Source of the DNA: Octopus vulgaris
Taxonomy: Eukaryota
Direction of reading: 5' to 3'
DNA: 64,000 nt
NCBI GenBank assembly: GCA_951406725.2
Contig: OX597823.1
Span: 36,704,001-36,768,000, forward strand
The position numbers and the translations under genes were made by a program. This document shows, one piece after another, positions 25,210 through 36,268 of the stretch. Within the stretch, counting starts at the first letter, position 1. Each line of letters opens with the position of its first letter. The notes beneath the pieces were generated by a model. The model searched no databases, had not been told where the DNA came from, and saw only the letters and a list, made by a program, of their open reading frames with translations.

Positions 25210-25357
25210 AAGAGAGAGGGTAAAGTGGTAGTCCTGATTAGGATAGTGTTACTACCTTTTTTCAGCCCCAGGAAAACATCTTTTCCAGCTGGCTATCGGG
25301 ACACAACTGCATCCTTATACCTCGAACAAGGGAGGTAATATTCCCACTCAGCCTTAT

Positions 25358-25403
25358 CCTGTGCCGATAAAGAGAAATAACCCAGAAACCATTGGTGTGT
25401 GGG
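25358..25403 (+). ncRNA. Degenerate hammerhead-like motif, first tandem copy
   Basis: CCTGTG-CCGATAA-AGAGAAATAACCCA-GAAA-CCATTG-GTG-TGTGGG. Together with the second copy it gives the consensus CCGATGA...GAAACCATTGGTC. Confidence 0.45.
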
Positions 25404-25676
25404 TACTGTTTAAGGCTGAGTAGAGACATTAGCTCCTTTACTCGAGGTATAAAGACACGTTTTCCTGGGGCTAAAATTGCTAGTAACACCATCCTAATCA
25501 GGACTGTCACTTTAATTTGGCAAATAGACTTTACTCTGTGGTACTGTTTCCACTGATTTCTTTCTCAGTGATTTAAAACTATTTGTTTTTCTCCTTATGT
25601 GATTAGTAACTGTGTGTCACTTTAAAAGTATATACTCGAGCAAGGCTTAGAGTTGCCATCTCTAGCCAATGGTTAT

Positions 25677-25722
25677 CCTGTGTCGATGAAGGGAAATAAC
25701 CCAGAAAGCATTGGTCTGCAGG
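25677..25722 (+). ncRNA. Minimal hammerhead-like motif, second tandem copy
   Basis: CCTGTG-TCGATGA-AGGGAAATAACCCA-GAAA-GCATTG-GTC-TGCAGG. Stem I CCTGTG/TGCAGG, stem II GGG/CCC, GTC triplet; two core changes. Confidence 0.55.
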
Positions 25723-26205
25723 TACTGTTTATGGCTGAGTCAGAACATTACCTCCCTTGTTCGAGGTATAAGGATGCAATTGTGTGCTGAGTGCCGTCTG
25801 GAAAAGTGTTTTCTTGGAGCTAAAAAACGTACTAACAATATCTTAATCAGGACTGTCATTTTATGTTGGCAAATAGACTTTACTCTGTAGTACTGTTACT
25901 ACTTAATTCTCGCTCAGAGATTTAAAACTAATTGTTTTTTTCACTATATCATCATCATCATCATCGTTGTTTAACATCTGCTTTCCATGCTGGCATGTGT
26001 CGAACAGATATATATATATATATATATTCATGTGTTTTGTTTGTCCCCCTTGATGCTTAATAATTGATGTTAGTTTGTTTACATTCCCTTAACTTAATGG
26101 TTCAGTAAAAGAGACCAGTGGAATAAGTGCCAGAATTGAAATAAGTACTGGAGTTGAATTGTTTGATGATAAATCTAACAGTACAATGACCCATTATTGT
26201 TGTTG

Positions 26206-26260
<55 letters not shown>

Positions 26261-26699
26261 ATTGTAGAATCATTAGACTATCAAAGTACCTCACAGTACT
26301 TTAAGTTTTGAGATCATATCTTGCTACGGTTAATTTTGCTTTTCAATCCTCTAGCAAATTCTGGTCTTTTAATCAATGCTACCCACTTCCCTCTTCTGAT
26401 CTTGTGGAAATTATAAGGATGATGGATTGGCAGAAAAGTTTGGGTCAGAAAATTCTCTTGTAGTATTTCTTGCAGCTTTTGATTTTGTGAGTCTAGTTCC
26501 AGCCACTGTCAACTTTCATCCTTTTAGGGTACCAGTTGAACACTAAGGTTGATGTAATTCACTTGCCCCTCACCCCAAAATTGCTGGCCTTGTGTCAAAA
26601 TTGAAAACTATTATTATTTTTTTGTTTTTATTTGCTAGTGCTTGCTAATTTAGTTAGCAGGTATTTTATCTTGAGATTTGTTGACAAGTCTCTTCAAAT

Positions 26700-27920
26700 C
26701 TCGAGAATCTTTCTGAGGACTCTTACAGCAAATTTCAATTCCAGTTTCTTTCAGTCTTGTAGGTAGCAGTTTGATTGTTATGTCAAGTGCACTAATTACT
26801 ACTGCAATAAATATTGTCTTGGTCTTCTACAGTCTCCTCAGTTCTCTGGCTAGATCTGGATATTTCTCAGTTTTTTTTTCTATTTCTTTGCTATCAACTC
26901 TGCTATCATAGGAAATTACAAAATCTATGAGTTTTCATTGTCTTCTATGATCATATCTGGCCTTCTGGCTTCAATAGTGTGGTTATTTTTTTAATAAGGA
27001 TATCCTGCAAGATCTTGTAACTCTCTTTTTCTGTCAGATACTCTGGTTTGTGTTCTTTATTGCTTTTAGGGTGGAGTGCATTGTGAGCAGCTCTTTAGTT
27101 CTTAGTTCTGTAGCTGAACCTTTGTTTTAGAATGGGAGCAGAGTATCTCTCTATGCGTATAGCCCATGTATTTATGGTTTCAACCCTTTCATTACCATAT
27201 TTAATTTGAGATGCTCTGTGTTTCTTTCAATTACTTTGAATATAACGAAGAATTTAGTAAAATAACTTATTTATCATTCAGTTAGTGTTAGGAACATAAA
27301 TTGTGACTAAGGTTTGGTGGAAGATTTTAATTCAAAACTTATGAAAACAAGACATTTGTACTACAGAGCCAGAGCCAGAGCCGGATTCAGCTGGGTTGGT
27401 AACAAAAGGGTTAATGGTGCTCCCACCATTTAATTTTGAGTGCCCTCTTAATTCTTTTGTACTTTCTCTCTCAGTTCTTCTTCCGTTATCCTGTTGTTTT
27501 GCAGCACTCTTAAATATAGGTACCACTCATTATTCCACAGAAATCAAATGATGTTGTCTTGTGGCAATGTTATGCCATCAGAGTTTACCTTCTGGCCTCT
27601 CTTCATAATTAGTGCTGTGCATTTATTTACCTCAAACTGTATTCCAGTATCTTTACTCAGTGTTTGGATTGAAAAGTCCAAGTTTGTTTCATTTTTTTGT
27701 ATACAACTTGTGGTCATCACCTATGGAGGTCATCCATAGGTGATTTATTCTTATCTTGATTTTGGTAAACTCATAAGCAAGTCTGAATTTTCTCAGTATA
27801 TTTGTCATGGGGATTAGTGTAATGACAAAGAGTAATGGAGAGAGCGAGTCTCCTTGGAAAATGTCCCTGTGTATTTTCGTGATACCTAACGATTCATTTG
27901 CACATGTCAGTTCTACTTGC
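26700..27920 (-). mobile_element. Decayed R4/Dong-like LINE
   Basis: Minus strand IFQGDSLSPLLFVITLIP (RT) and IEARRPDMII...EKYPDLAREL (REL endonuclease). Confidence 0.75.
27184..27410. mobile_element. piggyBac-like MITE inserted in the LINE
   Basis: TIRs CCCTTTCATTACC / GGTAACAAAAGGG, flanked by TCAA and TTAA; a partial relative lies at ~51300-51435. Confidence 0.65.
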
Positions 27921-28089
27921 TTGATATTTCATATATGCATAACAATTAAACTGTTGGAAAAGAATTCTTAACATCAGGCTACAACAGGTAATGTTAGATA
28001 GCAAGAATTTTCCTCAGTCTCCTAGCTGTCCCTAATTAAATTTTTTTCTGGAGTTGTTGCTATTATTATTATTATGAGTTTTATTATTT

Positions 28090-28730
28090 TATAATATGTT
28101 CTGAGTTCAAATGTCACTGAGGTTGACTTTGTCTTTCATCCTTTCAGGGTTGATAAATTAAGTACCAGTCAAGTACTGGGGTCGATATAATTGACTATCC
28201 CTCTCCCCTAAATTTCAGGCCTAGTACCCAAGGTAGAAAGGGTTGCTGTTATGATGATGATGATGAAAAAGGCAGCAAGCTGGTAGAACCGTTAGCAGGA
28301 CATGCCTTTCATCCTTTTGGGGTCAATAAAATAAGTAGCAGTTGAGTACTGAAGTTGGTATAACCAACTAACCCCATACCCACATAGTTCAGGCCTTGCG
28401 CCTATAGTAGAAAGGATTATTATTATTATTGTTGTTATTTTGTTGCTTTTAGGTGAGCTGACACAACCATTAGCATGCTTAGAGGAATTTCTTCTAGCCA
28501 GTTAGATTCTGAGTTCACATCCTGCTGTAGTCAGTTTCACCTTTCATCCTTTTGGTGGTGGTGGTGGTGGTGTCAATAAAATAAAATATCAGTCCACAAA
28601 CAATAATTATAACTAAGAGATTCATCATAAAATGAACTTTCAATTCAATTTAAATAGTTATTTTTGATGCAATTGACTTATCCCCCACACCCTCAAATTT
28701 CTGGGCTTCTGCCAAAATTAGAAAGGATTA
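28090..28730 (+). mobile_element. Cluster of three SINE copies separated by trinucleotide tails
   Basis: Repeated CTTTCATCCTTT...AATAAAATAAGTA cores separated by (GAT)n and (ATT)n. Confidence 0.75.
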
Positions 28731-28984
28731 TTATTATTATTATCAGCATCATTTCCCTATCTCATGTCAATGTTCTGCTCCTCACCCTAGTAACTCACTT
28801 TTTGTGTGTGTGTGTGCGTGAAATCATCCTGGGGTGAAAAGAGAGATGTACAAGACAGCAGACAGTTTGTCTTCACTCTCTTTCTTATACACATACACAT
28901 ACACATAAGTGTACACATTCTCCTGCATACATTCACGCATGTGCACACACACGCACACTTTCAAGCCATTTCAACAAGCCAAGC

Positions 28985-29079
28985 AGCAGCTCACTGCTCA
29001 GTCAGTCTGACTGCCTGCCTGACTTATTATTTATCCTACTTCGCCACCACCCCTTCTCTCATCTCTCCCTCCCCTGAAG
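28985..29079 (+). other. Candidate alternative first exon with GC-type donor
   Basis: AAG|GCAAGT at 29077-29085 is a perfect GC-AG donor consensus. It is preceded by unique sequence with TCAGTCAGT Inr-like motifs. The open frame 28806-29087 would be cut in phase 1. The 5' end is approximate. Confidence 0.3.
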
Positions 29080-29383
29080 GCAAGTAGATAGAAAGAAGTC
29101 AGAAGATAAGACTTTTTTCTTTGGAGTTTTGGAGTAAAGCACTCAATTTTAACATTTACAGGACTCTTTGAGGGGATTCCTTCCTCCCCACTACTTAATC
29201 ACTTCATTTAGTTTACTGTTAAATTAGAGGAAAAAAAAATCTTGCGGATGGGGAGGATGGAGGAGGAGGATTTTGAAATGTATTGGGCTTTCTTCTGTTT
29301 TTAGATTCCACATAACTTATTCTCTGTGTGTGTATACATATCTTACACTACACATATACACACACACACACACACACAGAATA

Positions 29384-29423
<40 letters not shown>

Positions 29424-29489
29424 CGATATATATATACACACACACAGAGAATAAGTTTATATATATATATATATATTGGTAAAACAGTA

Positions 29490-29535
<46 letters not shown>

Positions 29536-29539
29536 TATA

Positions 29540-29600
<61 letters not shown>

Positions 29601-29771
29601 TAAGTTTATTTATATATATATATATATAAATAAAATTCTATTAGAGGTTATAAAAACTGTCTAGGGTATTTGTATCCAATGAATTACTGGTGTTTTACCT
29701 ATATGTGATTATGTGTATTATCATTAATGCTCATAAATGATAGGTAAGGAAAGGAATAAACTGAACATATA

Positions 29772-29826
<55 letters not shown>

Positions 29827-29827
29827 T

Positions 29828-29962
29828 AGGAGTGGCTGTGTGGTAAGTACCTTGCTTACCAACCACATCCTTCGGGGTTCAGTCCCACTGCATGGCATCT
29901 TGGGTAAGTGTCTTCTACTGTAGCCTTGTGAGTGGATTTGAAAGATAGAAACTGAAAGAAGC

Positions 29963-30019
<57 letters not shown>

Positions 30020-30210
30020 TTGTGTTTGTTCCCCCACCACCACCATCGCTTGACAACCGAATGCTGGTGTGTTTACATCCCCCGTAACTTATCAGTTTGG
30101 CAAAAGGGTTTAATAGAATAAGTACTAGACTTACGAAGAATAAGTCCTGGGGTTGATTTGTTTGTCTAAAGGTGGTACTGTAGTCAAATGACTGAAATGA
30201 GTAAAAGAGT
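29828..30210 (+). mobile_element. SINE with internal (TA)n(TG)n microsatellite
   Basis: tRNA-like head, central microsatellite, and a 3' half ending AATGACTGAAA...TAAAAGAGTA. Confidence 0.8.
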
Positions 30211-30256
<46 letters not shown>

Positions 30257-30347
30257 CAATAATAATTCTCTAAACGAGATTTAGACAAGCCACATTCAAA
30301 TGGCTAATGTCCCTTATGTTATATATATATATATATATATATATATA

Positions 30348-30525
30348 CTTTAATTAAAGCAGCAGAAAATTCAACAAAACCTGTTACTCTGAGTTTCCCG
30401 TTGCCGTTCATCGGACAGTTTTTGCTAGCAAATTTTCTGCTGCTTTAAATAAAGCATATTACTCTACCACTGGTATTTGAGTACTCTTTTTTCCACTTTG
30501 TTTCACATTTATGTGTTTACTCCGG
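30348..30525. mobile_element. Short PLE-derived element with inverted arms in (TA)n
   Basis: 30348-30371 is inverted at 30431-30454 around the hammerhead. The tail 30451-30525 recurs at ~878-953, and the head recurs at ~24102-24180. Confidence 0.6.
30381..30418 (-). ncRNA. Minimal hammerhead motif (U4C core variant)
   Basis: Minus strand reads CTGT-CCGATGA-ACG GCAA CGG-GAAA-CTCAGAG-TA-ACAG. 4-bp stem I, GNRA-capped stem II, near-palindromic stem III. Confidence 0.62.
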
Positions 30526-30572
<47 letters not shown>

Positions 30573-31329
30573 CTTATATATCTATATATACAGTGTATAT
30601 ATGTATCTTACACTATATATATATAACACTACACACACACGCACATCTTTTACTGAAAATACTCATACATATGTTCACTCACCCACACACATTCAAGCGT
30701 ACACTGCATATTCTCATACTACACACATATACATACACACACAACCTTCATTCTTTCTCCCCTCTTTCTGTCTCTGCGAACGTCTTTCTCCTCATTTAAA
30801 AAAAAAATTCTGTTAATTATTAATCTGTTTTGTTAACCCGCCTCTTTGTCAAATGTTTACAGATATTCTTTAAGTCTATTGAGTTTATTAGCCTCTAGTC
30901 TCTTTAAATTGTGTGTGTGTGTGTGTGTGTGTGTGTTGGCCCCTGCAACTTGATTTGATTTAGGCAGCTGGCCAGAAGCATGCCTCTCTGCTATTTTTAT
31001 CTCTCCTGATTAATGTTTGCCACATGTATCCAATCAAAAGTTGGGGGATGCCTGCTGCTGCTGATGTTGTCAATGATGATGATGATGATGATGATGATGC
31101 TTTCCTGCCTCCTCTAATAGTGAAACAAATAGATGGCAGTTCCTTCACTCCTTGTTATTCTCTTGACACTCCTCACAGCTGCTTCTGTGAGGGGAGAGGG
31201 GGAGAGAGAGGAAGAGTGAGAGAGAGAGAGAGAGAAAAAGAGAGAGCTGGTTGAAGTTAGAGAGGAAGTGAGAGAATTGGGGATGGGATTGGTTTGTGGA
31301 GTGGGGTGTTATCAACCTAGATTAAGGCC

Positions 31330-32300
31330 AGCTAGTATATACATTCCTGTTGAAATGCTCAGTGTGAGCAGACACAGAGAGCAAGCAGCTCTGTAGTGGC
31401 TCCTGTAGTGGTCTAGAAGAAGCTAGACAGATAGCTGTCCAGGGTCTGTCTCTCTCACACACACATACACACATACATATAAACCCATCTGTACTCACAC
31501 ATACATAATCTTATTAATTTATCTTTCTCATTATCCTAGTTAGTGGGGTGATTCCTATATTGCTGTTTGGAATTGTCAACATTACACTTTAGTGTGAAGC
31601 AGTGAGAAGCTGCAACAAAGCTAATCATTTATATCTAAAGCTTTCAACTTCAAAACCTCACAAATTAAATTGATTTATTTTAAAACTTGTTAAACTTTCT
31701 ATTCAAAAACATTAGGTGCATTACACGTTGTGCTTCCTTCTAAGCTTGGGTAACTTATTTACTTCTGGGTTTCTGTTTAATGAATTTTTCTTCCTATTTA
31801 CACTAATGATGATGATGACAATGATGGAAAATTACTTTTATTGACTGTGTCTGGGGCCAGAAAACCAATTTACCACAGCAACTGCTACAATCTTTAATAC
31901 TACTGAACATCGTCTGGAGGAATTTTCTGACCAGTGACCAGCAACCAAGTAATCCAACCAGCCTGTGATTCAACTATCACCAGCCGGTTTATTAAAAGCT
32001 TGGCTATATATCCTCTCATCTCTTCTCTACTACTAATGCAAAAAGATCAATGGCCACTTCAACTGTATTTATTCATTATTATTTTTATTGTTATCATTAC
32101 TCTTGACCAATACACACTACTAAGTTAGAATTCAGTGATTATGATCAGCTGTTTCACTCTAACTTCCTGCTGGCCACATATTTTGGTTGACCAGTTTTAA
32201 AAACAATTGTTGGTGACATTTTTACCTGTGATTTGTGTATGTTTATATATATATATTTATATATATACACATACATATAAATATATTTTAAAGTATCGTG
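31330..32300 (+). promoter_or_regulatory. Candidate core promoter and ~1-kb 5' UTR of the ATG exon
   Basis: TATATA (31336-31341), CATTCCT (31342-31348, M-CAT/TEAD-like) and Inr-like TCAGT (31359-31363), downstream of a GA-rich tract. No transposon fragments are recognisable up to the ATG. The TSS cannot be shown from sequence alone. Confidence 0.35.
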
Positions 32301-32337
32301 ATGGCTTGCCTTGTTCAGAAATCCTCTTCTGGAGTGG
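32301..32337 (+). CDS. MRTF: Probable first coding exon of the same gene (MACLVQKSSSGV + G)
   Basis: gtgATGG start in good context, 12 codons plus 1 nt, then a consensus G|gtaagt donor at 32338. Phase 1 matches the 61791 exon (G+AA = Glu). It follows about 1 kb of repeat-poor unique sequence. Implies a 29.5-kb intron. Confidence 0.6.
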
Positions 32338-33284
32338 GTAAGTTTTTGTGTGGCTGTCTGTTCTATTGTTCAAGTGATTTGTAAACATTTAACATTTTGT
32401 AATAAGTTGTTCTTTAAACTCCTCTTGGAGTATTGGGCAGAATAAGCTAAGATAAAAGCAAAGAAAAAAAATAAGCAAAAACAAAAAGTTCAGTGCAAAG
32501 AATAATAAAAAAAATGTTTGACAAAGACTATTATTTTATAGTGTAGTAGCTAGTGTGGATTGAATTGACTTCAATTATAATATTTTACTTATTAATGTGA
32601 CAAGCTGGCAGAATTGTTAGCACACTGGACAAAATGCTTTTCAGCCCTTCTTGTGACTTTTTCTAAGTTAAAATTCTACCAAACTCTGCTTTGCCTTTCA
32701 TCCTTTCAGGGTCGATAAAATAAGTATCAGTTGAACATTGGGGGTAGATGTAATCAGGTAGCTCCCCTCCCCGCAACATTTCAAACCTTGTGTCTGTAAT
32801 AGAAAGAACTATTTTACTTTCGAGTATATTTAACAATCTTTTCATATATATAAAGAATAAATAAAATTGTTTCTAGTGAAAGTAGTGAGGTGCCAAATTG
32901 GATAGTATTAAGAAACATTATGGGAGAGAGGACTTGACCAAGGCAGTCAATACAGACCAAAGTCCTGTCAACACATATGCTGTATGAATCTAGTTTCTTC
33001 AACTACAACTATCATGGAAAGTACTGTTGTTAGGTTTTGTTGGGGTAGGCTGTGTGTATTATTGCTGTCTGTATTCCTTCATCAGCTGGTAGAACGGATT
33101 AAATTTCTGCTCCCTTTACTGAAGGATGTGTGCAAGCATATGCACACACTTGTATATACACTATTGTAGCCACACTATTGCTAGTTGTATTCACATCTAC
33201 AACAGAAGTTTCTTCTCTGCTGCTATATCTTTCACATAACTTCTAAAAATCTCTGCTACTATATTCTGCACTTACCCAATAAAT

Positions 33285-33335
<51 letters not shown>

Positions 33336-33369
33336 CACATGTGTATGTGTGTGTATAGATATATATATG

Positions 33370-33413
<44 letters not shown>

Positions 33414-33427
33414 CATACATACATACA

Positions 33428-33491
<64 letters not shown>

Positions 33492-33583
33492 CATTTACAA
33501 CAATCTTTTGTTATAGTAATGTCTTTTTTTAAGAATTAACAATAAGCCTTAGGCTTATGTTTTAGGGGAAAGTGCTGCTGCTG

Positions 33584-33634
<51 letters not shown>

Positions 33635-35219
33635 ACTAGTAGTTGTTTATTTCCCTCAAGGGTACTCTGCATCAAAATTTATTAGTTTTGCTGGAGAAAC
33701 ACCATTATCTCCAACCCTGCCATGCCTTACCAGCCACCAGAAGAGTGTTTATCTTTTAATGTTAGGGTCACTTAAAGCAGTTGATTATAAATAATCATAA
33801 TTTAGATGAGAGATGGTGGTTGAAACATGCTTGCAAGTAAGTAGGATAATTGCCAAATGTTTTGTGTGTATTTATGAATTAGAATTAAATTTATCAGCCC
33901 AACAAATTCAATTTATTTTATATCATCTTTTTTAATTTCGTCATTAATGAATCAAGTTAAATAACTGCAACTTTCTTAAAAGTTTTTATTTTAAACACTT
34001 GAATACTTGTTTCATAGCCTTGTAATATCAATTATATTCTGTAAAATTAGTGATGTAGGTTTTTATGGGTGTGTGTGTGAGAGAAGGTGTATGTGTGTGT
34101 TTTCTTATTAGTGTTTGTTGTTGAACTGTCACTGTTTAACAGAACAGCTGATTATTTTAACCCCAGACTAGTTATTATATATTTTATCAACCATGAAAGG
34201 TTGAATTGGAACAATTGCCCCAGATAGGGTTTGAATTAAGAACCTACAAGGATATGACTAGATATTGGTTTCAAATTTTGGCACAAGGTCAGCAGGTTTT
34301 GGTGAGGGGTTAAGCCAATTACATCGATCCTCAGTATTCAGCTGGTACTTATTTTATCAACCCTGAAAGGATGAAAGGCAAAGTTAACCTCACAGGAATT
34401 TGAACTCAGAATGCACAGACAGTTGAAATGCCACTAAGCATTTTGCCTGGTACCAGCTTGCTGCCTTGACATGATTAAATGTTACAAGATATTTTGTCAA
34501 ATTCTGATGGATTATCCCTGGTATTAGAAGAATTATTGTTTTCCATAGCAATATGCAAATCAGAGACAGTTCTTCCTCATCATAGAAAAGTTAACTGCCA
34601 AAGGTAACTTTCTGCTCTCCCCTCACATCATCTTCAAGTTTGAACGAAGCTCTATGTAGTCACTTGATAGTTCCTTAAAACCACATCTTACCATCTTACA
34701 GACAAACCAGATAATGTATTTCTAAAATGATGGTGTGGTCACAGTTGGAATGCCTTTGATCATAGGTTTGTTGGTCATTAGTGTTGACTTGGAGCTGAAT
34801 GATCACTGAGTTGACAGTTGGAATTGTTCATTGTATGAAGACAACAAAAAAAGATCCATCTGTCTGCAAACTCATTGAAGCATGAAATGAACACACTTGA
34901 ACATGCACACATGTGTACAATCACACTCTCTCTCTCTCTCTTCACGCAACAATTTGATCCCAACATTACATTAATACTTTCTACATGGTCCACCTCAGAA
35001 TCCCAGTTTTGTTTGTAAAAGAAAGGAGCATTACAGTCGTTTGGTTCTTGATAAGCTTAATGAGTTTTCCTTTTTCTAAATAACAACCAGTAAAATAAAA
35101 ATAAAAAGATAAATAGGAGCAAAACAAGTTTCCCTACTCCAAAAATAACTATTTAAATTGAATTGAAAGTTCATTTTATGATGAATCTCTTAGTTATAAT
35201 TATTGTTTACACTAGCAGA

Positions 35220-35694
35220 GATTATCTCTCTGTCTGTTCATCTATGTTTGTTTGCCTGTTTGTCTGTCCATTCATCCATCCATCTGTCAATCTGTCTGTT
35301 TGTCATCTATCAATCTATCTTTCCATCTGTTTGACCATCTGCCTGTCTATCTGTCCATGTCTGCCTGTCTTTCTACCTATCTATCTGTCTGTCTGTTTAT
35401 TCATCTATATATCTACCTACCTACCTATCTATATAGCTGTCTGTCTATCTTTCTGTCTATTTTTCTGTCTGTCTGTCTATCTTTCTTCCCATCCATCTGT
35501 GGGTCTGTATAATCTGTCTGCCTATCTGTCCATCCATCTATCTTTCTGTTTACCTATCTGTCTGCCTGTCTGTCCGTCTAGCTGTCTACCTATCAGTCTG
35601 TCTGTCTTTCTATGTCTATCTATCTATCCATCCATCCATCTGTCTATCTGTCTACCTGTCTAGCTGTTGATCTGCCTGCCTGCCTGCCTGCCTG

Positions 35695-35763
<69 letters not shown>

Positions 35764-35975
35764 ATCTATCTATATCTGTCTACGTCTGTCTACTTTTCTA
35801 TCTCTCTCTGTTCTATCTATCTTTCTATCTCTCAGTCTGTCTACTTTTCTATCTATCTATCTATCTATCTGTCTGTCTGTCTATCTGTCTATTTATCCAT
35901 CTTTTTGTATCTATCTCACCATCTCTCTGTCTACCTACCTACCTCTCTGTTTGTCTGTATGTCTGACTGTCTCCT
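35220..35975. repeat. Long compound (TCTA/TCTG/TCCA)n tetranucleotide tract
   Basis: Seen directly. Confidence 0.95.
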
Positions 35976-36268
35976 GCTTTCTTTTTCTCTTCCTCCTCTC
36001 CAAATCTATTTGTTATTTAGCTTCATGTTAGTACCGGTAAAGGTAACCTATAGGGAATTATTCTCATTGTGACCATCCTGTCTTATTTTCAGACAATATA
36101 TATAGGACCACAAGTTGTCCCTATATTGTGATTGTGGCAGTAGAGTAAGTGGTCCCTGTATTATGGTTGTAGTTGTAGTGAATATGGCCCTTATACTATG
36201 TTTTGGTCCTTGTGTTCTTTTAGCAGAATTCTCTTTGTTGTGAACTTTTGGCCCAAACTTCCCCATAG

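Larger units (their letters stand above)
25221..25948 (+). mobile_element. Non-coding tandem hammerhead element (retrozyme/PLE-pLTR-like): inverted head plus two direct units
   Basis: 25354-25600 and 25673-25948 are diverged direct repeats with a 319-nt period at the ribozyme. 25221-25352 is the reverse complement of 25733-25863. Confidence 0.7.

Noticed and set aside
35163-36031. Leu/Ser/Ile/Cys-rich ORFs resembling membrane proteins
   Set aside because: They are products of the TCTA/TCTG tetranucleotide tract.
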